NCBI GenBank assembly: GCA_030264375.1
Contig: JASCQW010000146.1
Coordinates: 30,495,152 to 30,559,151 of the forward strand
Direction of reading: 5' to 3'
Length of the DNA: 64,000 nt
From: Carcharhinus longimanus
Lineage: Eukaryota
Within the stretch, counting starts at the first letter, position 1. Every line of letters begins with the position of its first letter. The notes below the pieces were generated by a model that was not told where the DNA came from, searched no databases, and saw only the letters and a list, made by a program, of their open reading frames with translations. Below are positions 1 through 12,809 of the stretch, piece after piece. The position numbers were made by a program, and so were the translations under genes.

Positions 1-2200
1 CTGAATAATTTGTTGAAGTCTGAGCTTATTTCCCTGATGAGACCCATCAAAAGGAAAATTAATTTTTGTCAAGCATAAAAGGACCAGGGAAGCTAATTGG
101 ATAGTCCCCAAAAGCCAGTGTGGGGATTCTGATGCATGATGAATCCGCACTGGTTGATTAAAATGCAATCAGTACACCAATTTGTTTTCCAATACCCAAG
201 AGGTACTGCCTGGCCAGGCAGTAGGGGCTATCAAGAAGGCAGAGAAGGTGAACACACAGCACCATCACTTCAATTCACACTCGTAGTCACCAGATACTGA
301 CACTGTGGAAGTATTTGAAGATAGATTAGAAGCAGGATCTGCAGATGATGGGCTAAATTGAGTGTGCTTGGCACAAGCCTTGCAACAGCTTGAGAAGTAG
401 ATGCCATTATTGCATATGGAAGAAATGCCACGCTGGCAGATCATTTGGGGTGGCTAGAACCATCCAATGCTGTTGTAGGGATGGATCATGAGGCACCAAT
501 CTTGGTGTCACCTGATGTGTAGGCAATTGCTACCACCACTGTTAACTGCTAGACATATAATCTATCTAGCTTTGTGTGCTCCAATTGGAGCAGTGGCTTT
601 TCAGAATGGGCACTTCCTCCAGAGTAAACCCCTCTACCCTGAAGCCTCCTGGAATCCCAGAGTTGAACAGTGCAGGATCAAAGAAACCTACCCCCACCCC
701 ACCCCACCGAGGCTAAGCAATGTACAATGCAGGAATCCCAGAATCTGACCATTGCTGAATCCAATTGGGGAAACGGAGATGACATGATGGAGGGAAGACC
801 CTGGTTGTCCTGCGATTTAGTGATGCTGTTCTGCAGATTCACCTATAGGCTGCAGGAGTTAGCGGGGGGAAGAGATCCATCTGCCTGACCAAGCAAGTCC
901 GGGCAGAGTTTGCAGAGGGGATCAGCAGCCGTGGATTTACTGCAAATCCTGAGTCCAGTACCACTATAGATCAATGACTCTTTTGCTGCGCCAAAAAGGG
1001 TTCTCCATACTGCTCTCCTCTTTGGGGTCTGCATGTGGGAAATGGAGCTTCCACTTTCCTGATCAATTTTATGTTGGAATAACATTTGCATTGCTTCAGG
1101 TCTATTCGCACTATTCTCCATATTAGTGATCTGATCCTTCACTATCTCAGTGCAGTTTAAGTAATTATTGTCAAGTACTTTTTAGATTTTTATGGTGGAC
1201 TTTGCATTGCAGTGGATGCAGGAGCAGTGAGACCTGTGGATTTTTGTATGGAAATCTTCGAAGGTGGCATAGAGTGGAACTGTCATTAAAGTTTTGCACA
1301 TTGGGACCATTTCTAGTTACTGACCTTGCTTGGTTCAGCAGTGAACTGGCAGGGGAGGTCTTCTGGATGACAGCCAATTAGCAGGTCACCTCCACATTTG
1401 TATGCAGTTAAGGACAGCAGGAAGTAGGAGATGGGAAGGCCAAAAGGAGAAGCCGCAGCAATGTCCAGATGACAGCCCCACTGGGACAGGTGGGTAATCC
1501 TGAAAATGTGGTAGACTTTTAGGATGCCTCAAAGTGGAGGTACTCACAAATGACTCTAAAACTGGGCAACCTCTCTACAAGAGTGCCTGCGAGCATAATT
1601 GGATCTCTTTGAGCCTTGTGACTCTCTGTTATCAGAAATTTAATTAGCCTCCAATGGCCACCTAACCTTCCACTAAGTGACCGTCTCTGAGGTGTTGCTG
1701 GTTTCCCAACACATTGCGGGGAAGCAGGGAGGTGGAGTTGGGGGGGGGGGGGGGGGGTGCGGTGGCATGCAATGTTGGGAAAATTCCCGTATTGCCAGAA
1801 AATGATTNNNNNNNNNNNNNNNNNNNNNNNNNNNNNNNNNNNNNNNNNNNNNNNNNNNNNNNNNNNNNNNNNNNNNNNNNNNNNNNNNNNNNNNNNNNNN
1901 NNNNNNNNNNNNNNNNNNNNNNNNNNNNNNNNNNNNNNNNNNNNNNNNNNNNNNNNNNNNNNNNNNNNNNNNNNNNNNNNNNNNNNNNNNNNNNNNNNNN
2001 NNNNNNNNNNNNNNNNNNNNNNNNNNNNNNNNNNNNNNNNNNNNNNNNNNNNNNNNNNNNNNNNNNNNNNNNNNNNNNNNNNNNNNNNNNNNNNNNNNNN
2101 NNNNNNNNNNNNNNNNNNNNNNNNNNNNNNNNNNNNNNNNNNNNNNNNNNNNNNNNNNNNNNNNNNNNNNNNNNNNNNNNNNNNNNNNNNNNNNNNNNNN

Positions 2201-2303
2201 NATCCATATAGATGACATCAACGGCTCTCCCATCGTCAACCGTTTTTGTCACCTCCTCAAAGAATTCCACAAGATTCGTAAGGCAAGACCTCCCTCTAAC
2301 AAG
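2201..2303 (-). mobile_element. CR1 LINE reverse transcriptase fragment next to an assembly gap
   Basis: Translates to LVRGRSCLTNLVEFFEEVTKTVDDGRAVDVIYMD, a typical vertebrate CR1 RT motif. Confidence 0.9.
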
Positions 2304-2825
2304 GTTTAACAATTGTTGCACCTGCACAAATAAATCTCTTCCAGGGAGAGGAGATTTCAGTTCTAAGTGGGGAGTAATTTATAGTGAAGAACGGCCTAGT
2401 TGTGAGCTAAACTAAGTTAGGTTGTTCTTCACTGCTTTGCGTCAGTGTGCGATTCATAACAGGATAATCATACATATAAACCATCATTGCTAAAGCAGCT
2501 CAAAGCAATGCTTCAGCAAACTGAAAAGGAGGCAGGGGAACAAAGCAAGTGATTTTCAACTTCATGTTTATCCAAAGAAATAGAAAGACTGTAGAGACAA
2601 GTTTGAACTTCCAAGTCCTCCAAGTATTCATTCATCCTTTAAATAAGAACTTTTTAAATGGGGAAGAAAGGTAAAATACTGTGAGATCGGAAAATACGAG
2701 GCACTTAAATTATCACATAGTGATCAGAACTGAAGAAATTAAATCTGTTTCTCTCTCTAGAGATTCTGCCACACCTGCAAAGAATTCCTAGTATTTACTA
2801 TTTTTTAAATTAGAACCGGGTTTAG

Positions 2826-3060
2826 GTTGATTTGATTTGATTTATGATTATCACAAATATTAGCATACAGTGAAAACTGTTGTTTCTTGCATGCTATATA
2901 GACAAGGCATATACTGTTCATAGAGAAGGAAATAAGAGAGTGCAGAATGTAGTGTTACAGTCATAGCTTGGGTGTAGAGAAAGATCAACTTACTGCGAGG
3001 TGGGTCCATTCAAAAGTCTGATGGCAGCAGGGAAGAAGCTGTTTTTGTGTTGGTTGTTCG
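2826..3060 (-). mobile_element. Rex1/Babar-type LINE 3' end with (AAATC)n tail
   Basis: TTGATTTGATTTG tail; same sequence recurs at 22945-23310 and 25673-26240, and the 22945 copy extends into Rex1-type ORF2 (PGHSLFHFLPSGKRY). Confidence 0.75.
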
Positions 3061-3626
3061 AAAACACCAGGGTTTTGTATGGGAGAGAACACTTAATAAC
3101 AAAAATAGTGGATCTCCCTTGCTCTGCAGGTAGTCTAGACCCTGTTCTAGCAACTAAAATATGGCTGTGCTTAACCTATCCTGCCTCCTTTTTTAAAATA
3201 ATTCTAATGGGAAAGTGATCTAATTAGGCAGATCCAAATAACTGTAGCAGCATGTAAACCCCGACTGTACTTTGGAGATTAATCGTACCTGCTTGTAAAT
3301 TTCTGCTCACAGATCAGAAAAATCCATCACAAGCTAACAGACTGTTAAAAATAGTGAGACAGACTGGCCTGATATCTGGAATGTGATTGATCCACACTGG
3401 ATACAAGACATGACCGCACAAACACACGCATCACTGTTTCGCGGATGAAGCTGAGTTATATTGTTGAGTAGCATGGCAGCCATAGTTCTATTGCATTTCA
3501 ACTTTGTAATGAACTTTGCTGCATCTTTGGTCTAATATTATTATCTGCAGTTGGATTAACCAACAATGTTCAATTTTCCTTGACAAAAAAAAAGGTAGGT
3601 ATTAAATATTGGTTAGCTGATCAGTA

Positions 3627-4253
3627 GGGCAATATTTAATGGAGGTGATGGGGGTTTTGCCCATCAGCTGGAGAACCAGAGAGAGGCCTGCAGTGCATGG
3701 TTTTGGGAAGGCCTGCTGAATTAAAGGTCAAATCAGACACTTCAGTAGGCCTTCTCGTAGGGGCAAGGGGATGGTGGTTGACAGAGGACCCCACTATTTG
3801 AGAGCTGCCACCAAACCAGAGGGTGGCAGCAGTCCATTGCTTGGCAGCACGTATCCGAGGCTCAGGATTGTCTGGGGATGCAGGCCACTGCTGGAATGAG
3901 AGCCGTGGGGAGCAGGCATCAGTTGCAATCGTGAGGGAGCTGGCTCCTCGCACACCCTCCGCCTTTCACTTTCTTGATGCTAGATTATTCAATCAGGTAT
4001 CGAGTGCCTTTAATCATGACCAGGTTTCTTTTAGGGCTTTCTGCATGGTGACTCCCTGGCCTGCTGCTGAGTGAATGCCAGCAGTGATGGAATGGGGATC
4101 TTAACAGGTATTAGTTACCTATTTAACATTTTCATTTGGTGGCAAGATGGGAAGGCCATCCAGGAAGGCCATTTACAAGCTTTACTTCCCTGGACAAACA
4201 GGAGCAGAGGTAGGAAGGTGGATCCCCATTCATCACCCAATTAAATATTCCCC
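3627..4253. mobile_element. Probable Harbinger-type MITE
   Basis: Ends GGGCAATATTTAAT ... ATTAAATATTCCCC form a 13/14 inverted repeat; no coding capacity. Confidence 0.45.
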
Positions 4254-4339
4254 GTTGCCAAATTCTCCTCAGGGGATGGCACTAAATCTATCGTTAGTGT
4301 GCACTAGCTGGTTCCTCAATCTACCACATAAATGCCAGA

Positions 4340-5478
4340 GGTGAGATGAGGTGCTGCCCTTGACATCAAGGCAGCATTTGATCAAGTTTGGCACCATGGA
4401 GCCCTAACAAAACTGGAGTCCATGGGAATCAAAACCCTCTAATGGTTGGAATCATATCTGGTACAAAGGAAGGTGGTTGTGGTGGTTAGAGGTCAATCAT
4501 CTCAACTCCAAGACATCACCGCAGGAGTTTCTCAGGATAGTGTCCTAGGTTCTACCATCTTCAACTGCTTCATCAATGACTTTCTTTCCTTCATATGGTC
4601 AGAAATGGAGATGTTTGTTGAAGACTGCACAATGTTAAATATNNNNNNNNNNNNNNNNNNNNNNNNNNNNNNNNNNNNNNNNNNNNNNNNNNNNNNNGAC
4701 AATATCCAGGCTTGGGCTGACGAGCGGCAAGTAACATTCGCGACACACACGTGTCAGGCAATGACCATCTCCAACAAGAGAGCATCTAACTGTTGCCCAT
4801 TTGACATTCAATGACATTACCATTGCTGAATCCCTCAATATTAACATCTTGGGGGTTACCATTGAATAGAAACTGAACTGGATTAGTCATATAAATACTG
4901 TGGCTACTAGAGCAGGTGAAAGGCTAGGAATCCTACAGCAAGTAACTCATCTCCTGACTCCCAAAAGGCTGAGTACCATCAACAAGGCACAAGTCAGGAG
5001 TGTAATGGAATATTCTCCAATTGCCTGGATGTGTGCAGCTCCAAAAACATTCAGGACGCTTGACACCATATAGGACAAAGCAGCCTGCTTGATTGTTTGT
5101 GGAAAGGATAGCAATCTATCTCTACACCACTGACAAGCAGTGGCAGCACTTCTACAAGATGCACTGCAGGAACTCACCAAGATTCCTTAGGCAGCACTTC
5201 TAAACCCACAACCACCACCATCTAGAAAGGAAAGGGCAGCAGATACCTGAGAACACCACCATCTGGAAGTTCCCCTCCAAGTCACTCACCATCCTGACTT
5301 GGAAATATATTGCCGTTCCTTCAGTCACTGGAACTTCCTTCCTAACAGCATTGTGGATGTGCCCACACCTCAGGGACTGCAGCTGTTCAAGAAGGTAGCT
5401 CACTATCCTTTTCTCAAGGCCAACAAGAGATGGGTAATAAATGCTGGCCTAACCACATCCCATAAATAAATTAAAAAA
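4340..5478 (+). mobile_element. CR1-superclade LINE (second family), 5'-truncated, RT to 3' tail
   Basis: ALDIKAAFDQVWH, LESYLVQRKVVVVVRGQSSQLQDITAGVSQDSVLGSTIFNCFIND and MFVEDCTM (degenerate YADD); tail GGGTAATAAATGCTGGCC plus A-rich end. Confidence 0.85.
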
Positions 5479-6334
5479 GAGGCCAGGTCCATTTTGAGTC
5501 TGGATCTCATTATGATGCCACTGGTCAAACAGACAGTCCATTGTAGCTTGTTGGCTGTAGGGCAGGATATCGGGTAGCCCAGAAAATGACCTGGGTAGCA
5601 GGATAAAGTCTTGAGTTGGTGGTAGTGTTGTGAAATGGCAAAGTGAAAGGAAACCAAAACTCTAGCCAACCTTCTTGTGGAAAGTGGGGAAATGTTTTTG
5701 CCCCCCCTGGTCTCTTAGCTTCTTGGTGCTCTTCCTGCTGTGCTGCTCCAGAATATTGGGCAGAGTGTGCATGCCTTGTATCCATCAGAATTGCAGTTAG
5801 GACTCAACATACCTCATAGGTTGTCAGTTTGCACATTAAATTGAAACATGTCGATCCTCTGGCCATCCAGAGAAAGGTCACTTTGAGCATAAAGGAGACA
5901 GAGTGCCGTCCTAAACAGAGTGGTAAGTCATTTTTAAGTTTCCAGCATCACAATTTAAAATACGACCCATGGTATTTTGTAATAGGACCAATCAATTGGG
6001 AGTATTTTGTGACTGTGTGCTATAACATAAATTGGGTGATAGTGAATTTGCAACTCCTGTTGTATCTATTCTGATTTGGCTTCAATTGAAATGAAGATCA
6101 GAAGGCATCTAAAATAGACTGCCAATTCACTACTACCCTTTTAATACTATCACACAAACCAAGATCTATCCCATGATGCAGGTTTACCAAATTCTTTTTG
6201 TTGTGATTAACAAAAGAAATGTCACTATCTGTTATGTACAATCAATCACAATTATTTGCAACTGATTAATGGTCCTGTTGGAACAGATCCCTCTTTACCT
6301 TAATTGTGACAGTTATAATTTTCTTTCTCTTTAG

Positions 6335-7012
6335 CATTACACAATGACTCATGTCAATATATCAGACCAGACATCAGTGACTGCCCGGCAAGTCAAGGAA
6401 AGCTCAAAAGGCAAACTGCGAGATCTGTGCCGACCCCATGGCTTCTCCATCTCAGGAAACAGGCCCTACTTTCAGAGAGTTCGCTGTCAAAAGTTTGGCC
6501 TCATCCCTAAAGCAATGATTCCGGTTAAAAAACCTGCTGCCAAAAAGGTTGTTGCTCTTAGTACAACTGCCAATGAGAGCGCTTGTTCTATCCTTGGATG
6601 CCCAAACCGTCATGGCAAGGACAATCATGTACGGTGGTTCGCTGTTATTCGAGAATCAGAAGCACACACAGCATCTTTGATGAGAGCTATACGGGTCACT
6701 AATCCTGGGTGGACACCAACATTCCATTCTAAAATATGTGGCCAGCATTTCTTTTCGGGACAGATCTCGTTTGTCCCAGGGTCTCCTGACTATGTTCCCC
6801 TTTTAAACATGAGTCCCACTTTTAGAATCATTACCAAGGACAGGAGTTCAGAAATTGAATGCAGAGGCAACCTTGATTCAGTTTCAATCGACAGCAAAGA
6901 CCCATCCATTTGTCACTCAGTAAGTGAAGACAAAATTGTGAATCCACCGAATACTGAGGTACAAAACTTCAAGAGCCTTCATCTGCATCCCGCTCTGAAA
7001 ACAAGACACAAG
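6335..7012 (+). CDS. Candidate coding exon with a divergent THAP (C2CH zinc finger) domain
   Basis: Polypyrimidine-AG acceptor ending 6334, ATG at 6344, AAG|gtactg donor after 7012; 678 bp open in phase 0/0; CSILGC...WTP...ICGQHF...PDYVP matches the THAP C-x4-C...C-x2-H-F...VP pattern. Confidence 0.7.
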
Positions 7013-7074
7013 GTACTGTATGCTTCCATTGCCAGTTAGTACTGCACAGTAATCCACACAAAATCAGAATTGTG

Positions 7075-7320
7075 GCAGTGCTGCGGGAGGGGAATATAGT
7101 GGTGGAAAACAGTGGGGGGGCGCGAGCGGGAGGTGTGGANNNNNNNNNNNNNNNNNNNNNNNNNNNNNNNNNNNNNNNNNNNNNNNNNNNNNNNNNNNNN
7201 NNNNNNNNNNNNNNNNNNNNNNNNNNNNNNNNNNNNNNNGGGGCTGGGCGGCGGGAGGGGAATCGAGTGGTGGAAACCCGGGGGGGGGCGGGAGCGGGAG
7301 GTGTGGATGGGGGTGGTGTG
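7075..7320 (+). repeat. G-rich tandem repeat broken by a gap
   Basis: The unit GGGAGGGGAAT..AGTGGTGGAAA..GGGGGGG.GCGGGAGGTGTGGA appears on both sides of the N-run. Confidence 0.6.
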
Positions 7321-8069
7321 GTTACTAGGGCCTCAAAGTAGGAAAGGTGGGAGGAGAGTGACTTAACTAGGTGGAACTAGAAATTTGCTTTTCAAGTGGC
7401 ACGTTCAGATATAGATTAATTTGTGGTGGGTCAGGCCTCATGCCATCCAGTGGCAGGTTCCTACTTGTAATATCTTTATGAATGAATACTCGTCGTATTA
7501 AAACATTTTGCAACCACATCCTATCTTCATGACAAAGTCAGCAGCATATAAGAATCTTGTGACATCTGGTTCAGGTTCGTTTAAAGGTTGCTCACAATAG
7601 CTGACTTGGTGTGGTTGCTTCTGAGGTCAGCAGTTTCCCTTGTGGCACAAGGGAGCAAAGCATGAGAATGGCAGCTTGCTTGGAGTCAGTAACGAAGAGG
7701 CAGTCATTGTGGCTAGCGATGGGCATGGGGTGTGGAATGGGGAATGAAAGATGGGAGGACTGGAAGAGGAATCCAAGGGTGGGGTCGGGGGTATGGAGGA
7801 GTGAAAATGTAAAGAGCCTGGCATGCCGTGAGTGTGGGAACAGTCAATCAAGGTAAGAAAATGAGGGGTCTAAAAAATGTCAGTACTATCCCCATGTAGG
7901 TTCATCTCAGGGTATTGGCTTGCAGAGTCCTTGCAGAGCTTTGAATTCACCTACAACATTTCAGTTATCTCTACTGAGAGTGATCTTTGACCTTGTCCTC
8001 TACAATGCATGGAGGAACAGCTTAGTCTGCACAATCAGCCAAGTCCGACTGATTGGTAAGTGCAACATT

Positions 8070-8335
8070 AAAGTTTATTTATTAGTCACACATTAACACT
8101 GCAATGAAGTTACTGTGAAAATTGTCTAGTCACCACACTTGGCGCCTGTTTGGATACACTGAGAGAGAACTTAGCACGGCTAATGCACCTAATCAGTATG
8201 TCTTTTGCACTGTGGGAGGAATCCAGAGCACTCAGAGGAAACCCATGCAGACAGGGGAACAACATGCAGACTCCGCAGGATCAGCCACCCAAGCTGGAAT
8301 TGAATCCGGGTCCCTGGCGTGGTGAGGCAGCAATG
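8070..8335 (-). mobile_element. tRNA-derived V/HE1-like SINE with the alternative (TTCACAGTAACTTCATTGCAGTGTTAATGT) tail
   Basis: Head and core resemble the HE1 copies; tail matches 29700-29770, 45050-45100 and 48890-48945. Confidence 0.75.
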
Positions 8336-8429
8336 CAATCGAAAAGAATGAATGTTCAATAAAGAATGAACGTAAAAACACAACATTGTTTCTTCCAAAA
8401 TAAAGAAATATTCCTAACTTCCCTGTAAC

Positions 8430-8760
8430 CGTAGAATCCCCACAGTGCAGAAAGAGGCCTTTCAGCACATTGAGTCTGCACCGACTCTCCAAAAATGCAT
8501 CATTCCTCCCTCCACCTCCCATTCCCCATAATCTTGTGCATTTACCATGACATTCCCCTAACCCTCAATTCTTGGGACACTAAGGGGCAATTTAGCATGG
8601 CTAACCGACCTAACACCTTTGGACTGTGGGAGGAAACAGGAGCACCTGGAGGAAACCCACACAGATTGGGAGAATGTGCAGACTCCACACAGACAGTGAC
8701 CCAAAGCCAAAATTGATCCCTGGTGTGGTCAGGCAGCAGTGCTAACCACTGTGCCATGCC
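8430..8760 (-). mobile_element. HE1-like SINE
   Basis: Reverse complement GGCACAGTGGTTAGCACTGCTGCC head, GGTTTCCTCC core and CR1-like tail. Confidence 0.85.
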
Positions 8761-10693
8761 ATACACCGGGACATTTAGCTCTCTGAATAAGATAGTCTCA
8801 ACAAATAGCAATGCTGCACACATGAATAATGTGAAAGCAATGTCATGTCAAACATCTACAAATGAAATTTAAATGTAAAAAATACCTTTGTGCTCTCAGT
8901 AAGTCTTAAGTTAGCGATAGTTTTGTCCATGATGCAGAACCTTCCTCATTGTGCAGGAGCCTCTTTTATAGCCTGCCCATATCTGCTGCATTGTCAACTT
9001 ACAGCAGCTTTCACTACTGAAAACCTTCCCCTGCCAATGACTGCACAGGTCTCTCATGCACACTGCTGATACTTCACCTTTTAACTGGAATCACTTGGGA
9101 AACAACAAAAAGCAGGGGCCCGAAAAGGCATCCACTATCTATACCACTATTTGAAAAAGCATACCCTAGTTAAAATTGCACTAAACTGCGTGTGGAACTT
9201 TTTTTAAAATTTAAATTCCTGGTTTAGAAAGCAACAAAATCAATGTTTAGTGCTTTTTAACCCCTCACCCACCACCGTTTATATCAAAGTTTATACAATT
9301 GTTTTTCTCCATTTTTTTCTTCCTTTGTTAAAGCCAGTGACTGAGAATAATGAACAGTACTACCGAACTTGGTACCTCTCCCAAGTAACCATTCTTCATC
9401 TGTCACTGATCCGTGAATTTATTTGACATAATACTGAACTTTCTACAGAGACCTTTGCTGGAATTTATGTATTTAGATGCACAATTGTGGGCCAAACAAT
9501 AACAGATGAAATTTAATGTGGACAAGCACATGGGAAGGAAAAATGGATAATAGACATTTTCACTCAAGTTGTTAAAATTGATGGATTTTCTAGAGGCCTC
9601 GGAGTCTGAATAAACTCGATGTTCCACAGATAGTAACAATGTAGAACATTAATCGATAAAGTCAGTGGAATGTTTAACTCATAGCCAGAACAGAATAATA
9701 TGTCTGAGGAAGGTCTGATCAAACTGGAGAGTGTGTGGTCAACCCATATCTGGAGTGATGTGTGTGGTCTGCTGTTAGCTGATGGAGGCAATGCAAAGAG
9801 CCATGAGATTTCTCACTTGACCTGAGTTTTCATTGGGAAAAAAACAAATTGACCCATTTTCTCATATCTCAGGCCCTTAACACCAGAGCAAAATGTTCAG
9901 CCAGGAGTTTAGAGTAGCACACGAAACTGATTTTAAAAATGATAAAAAGTAATCAGAGAACTTACTTGGTAAATTTTCTTCACACAAGCTGCTGATTCAG
10001 AGGCAAGAGTGCTAACACAAAGCCAATTAGGGTGATCCCATTGCTAATAGCAGTAGTAATTTACTCCTGCTGCACAAGTGTGACATTTTTTAGTATCCCA
10101 CAGCAACAATTCTATGACTTCACAGGAAGAGGTTGCTAATTAACACTGAAATTTGGGGCAGATTTATGCAGAAACTCATGACTGCGCAGACTAGTTTCTT
10201 ATAAGTCGTGTATAGCTAGCTTACAGGGGAGACTTTTACCTTCACTGTTTGGGTTGGATTTGAAATTAGGTCCCAAGGAGAAAGGCCAGAATCTATTTCA
10301 GTGAGCTATCCTATCTCCCTAATTATGCAAAGCTGTTGCAGAGACTTTTTTCCCCTCCACTCTCTTTAGCTACCCCACAAAATGCATCATTCTCTGACTA
10401 AAAGAAAGAAGGAATCCCGTTTCAAATATCAGAAAAATATATTGACTGACTCACCTACATATTTTATCTCATTTTGTTCATCATGGGCAAGAGGATTACT
10501 TCCCAGATCATGAACCCGAACCCACATTTTAAAGTTTAGTGATACAGTCTATTTATCACACTAAGACACTGCACATCATTCAGTTTCAGTTTTTGATAAT
10601 ATCAGTGTGAGTCCAACCTGATCATGGTCTTGTGCAAAGCCCCCAGCAAAACATCAAGTTGAGACCTGGTTTCTATCTTATTTTCCCTTTCAG

Positions 10694-10751
10694 CCCCTTT
10701 AAAATAAATGGGAAATTGTGCTTGTGGTTCGAAAGATGAGGAATATGAAAG
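10694..10751 (+). CDS. Possible start exon encoding MGNCACGSKDEEYE
   Basis: TTTTCCCTTTCAG acceptor, in-frame TAA directly before ATG at 10708, AAG|gtattt donor; short and may be chance. Confidence 0.3.
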
Positions 10752-11099
10752 GTATTTCTAGCCCGTGTTTCCTTCTTTAACTTTTCTCTGCGTCATGATT
10801 CTAGTTATCGGATAAGACTTCTTGTGAGGACTGCATGTCCTGGACACTTTTACTTGAAATGTGGGCTCTGAACCTAAGGCATTTTCTGTCTTAGGAAATG
10901 TGTTGCAATTATTACCAATGATGAATCCCTAGATAGTGAATAGGTTAAACACACCTCATTGTGTGACATTGTTCCAAACACAACTACAGCACAAAAGTAT
11001 TACTTGTGTCTTCCCGGCTATTCTTTCCTGTCCTTTGTCCAGTCTTGTTTCAACTTTCCCATCTGATGATACATTATCTAGTTCTCTCCTTTTTCTTGC

Positions 11100-11600
11100 C
11101 AATATTAAGCTAGCAGGTAAGTGATTGGCTGGTGACTGGTAAGTAGATTTCCTTTCTTTTTTCTCCTTTTTTGTCTTGACATTGTAGTTGTTGCAAGTTA
11201 ATTTAAGGGTTAAATCATAGCAGGAGATCCCAGAACTGTGTCATGCTCCTCTTATGCGAGGTGGGAATTCAGGGATTCTTCTGGTGTCCCTGGTTTCTTC
11301 ACATGCAAGAAGTTTGTCCAACTGCAGCTCTTGTTAGACCGCTTGACAGCTCTGGAGCTGTGGATGGATTCACTTTGGAGCATCTAATGCTGAGAAAGTT
11401 GTGGATAGCACTTCTGTAAGTTGATCACACCACAGATAAAAAAAATTACTGAGGGAGATAGGAAATGGGTAATCATCAGACAGAGGAAGAGTAGGAAGGC
11501 AGTGCAGGGGTCTCTTGCAGTTATCTCCTTACAAAACAGATGTACTGTTTTGGATACTGTTGGGGGAGATGGCTCATCAGGGGAAGATAGCAGAAGCCAG
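11100..11600 (+). mobile_element. CR1 LINE 5'UTR/ORF1 fragment
   Basis: AGDPRTVSCSSYARWEFRD...TCKKFVQLQLLLDRLTALEL and ISLQNRCTVLDTVGGD resemble CR1 ORF1 (N-terminal zinc-binding/zipper region), with stops. Confidence 0.75.
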
Positions 11601-11619
11601 AGAGGTGGATACTCAACGA

Positions 11620-12430
11620 GTCCTGATGCACCAGTCGCTGAAAGTAAGCATGCAGGTACAGCAGGTAATAAAGAAGGCAAATGGTGTATTCGCCTTCATA
11701 GCAAGAGGATTTGAGTATAGGGATAGGGATGTTTTGTTGCAATTGTATAGGGCATTGGTAAGGCCACACATGGAGTACAGGTTCATAGCTCCTTGAAAGT
11801 GGAATCACAGGTGGACAGGGTGTGAAGAAGCTTTCGGCATGCTTGGTGTCACTGGTCAGAACATTGAATACAGGAGTTGGGACATCTTGTTGAATTTGTA
11901 CAAGATAATGGTAAGGCCACACTTGGAATATTGTATATAGTTCTGGCCACCCTGTTATAGAAAGGGTATTATTAAACCAGAAAGAGTGCAGAAAAGACTT
12001 ACTAGAATGCTACCGGGACTTGATGATTTGAGTTATAAGGAGAAACTTGAGCGTAGGAGGCTTAGGAGTGATCATATAGAGGTCTATAAAATAATGAGGG
12101 GCATAGATCAGTTAGATAGTCAATATCTTTTCCCAAAGGTAGGGGAGTCTAAAACTAGAGGGCATAGGTTTAAGTGTGAGGGAAGAGATACAAAAAGGTT
12201 CAGAGGGGCACATTTTTCACTCTGGGAGTGATGTCTGGAAAGAGCTGCCAGAGGTAATAATAGAGGTGGGTACAATTTTGTCTTTTGAAAAGCATTTAGA
12301 CAGTTACATGGGTAAAGTGAGTATAGAGGGATATGGGCCAAATTTGGGCAATTGGGACTAGCTTAGTGGTTAAAAACTGGGCAGCATGGACAAGTTGGGC
12401 CAAAGGGCCTGTTTGCTTCTGTAAACCTCT
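11620..12430 (+). mobile_element. CR1 LINE ORF2 3' fragments (two joined pieces)
   Basis: KANGVFAFIARGFEYRDRDVLLQLYRALVRPHMEY; then QKRLTRMLPGL, RRLRSDHIEVYKIMRG, KTRGHRF and CR1 tail. Confidence 0.9.
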
Positions 12431-12809
12431 GAGTCTAATATTCATCTTAACCCCATCCTCTCCTGAAAGCGAGTGCATCTATCGAAGGCATAACTCTATG
12501 ACCCAGTCACTCTTTCAGTATCTTGTTCAAGTGACCGTTACTCATTGATGACCGTAACAGCTGAGGTGGATCCTGTCGTCACCTAATATGAATACACACT
12601 CTCAGAAGAAATTGATGCTTGGCAATTAGAAGTCAGGATTCTAATCATTATTCCTTCCACAAATCCAAAACAAGTTGCAGTTGGCCTTTCTGTGCTTGTA
12701 GATTTTAGCTGCTCAATGATTAGAATCATTGAGCCAACCTGGGAGACTGAGCCATCTCTCACTTGACATGTTTTTCTCCTCCATACCCGATCCCGTTGGA
12801 CTTTAAAAT

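Noticed and set aside
230-1807. Possible Harbinger Myb/SANT remnant (KRVIDL-like motif near 945-990, minus strand) with a GGAAAATTCCC end
   Set aside because: Too degenerate to support by eye.
1662-2327. Long ORFs of 150-221 aa
   Set aside because: They are open only because they cross N-runs; the same applies at 7072-7366, 23985-24458, 29750-30220 and 45734-46551.
5525-5910. Minus-strand ORF and putative exon
   Set aside because: No recognisable protein similarity, and splice-like signals occur on both strands.
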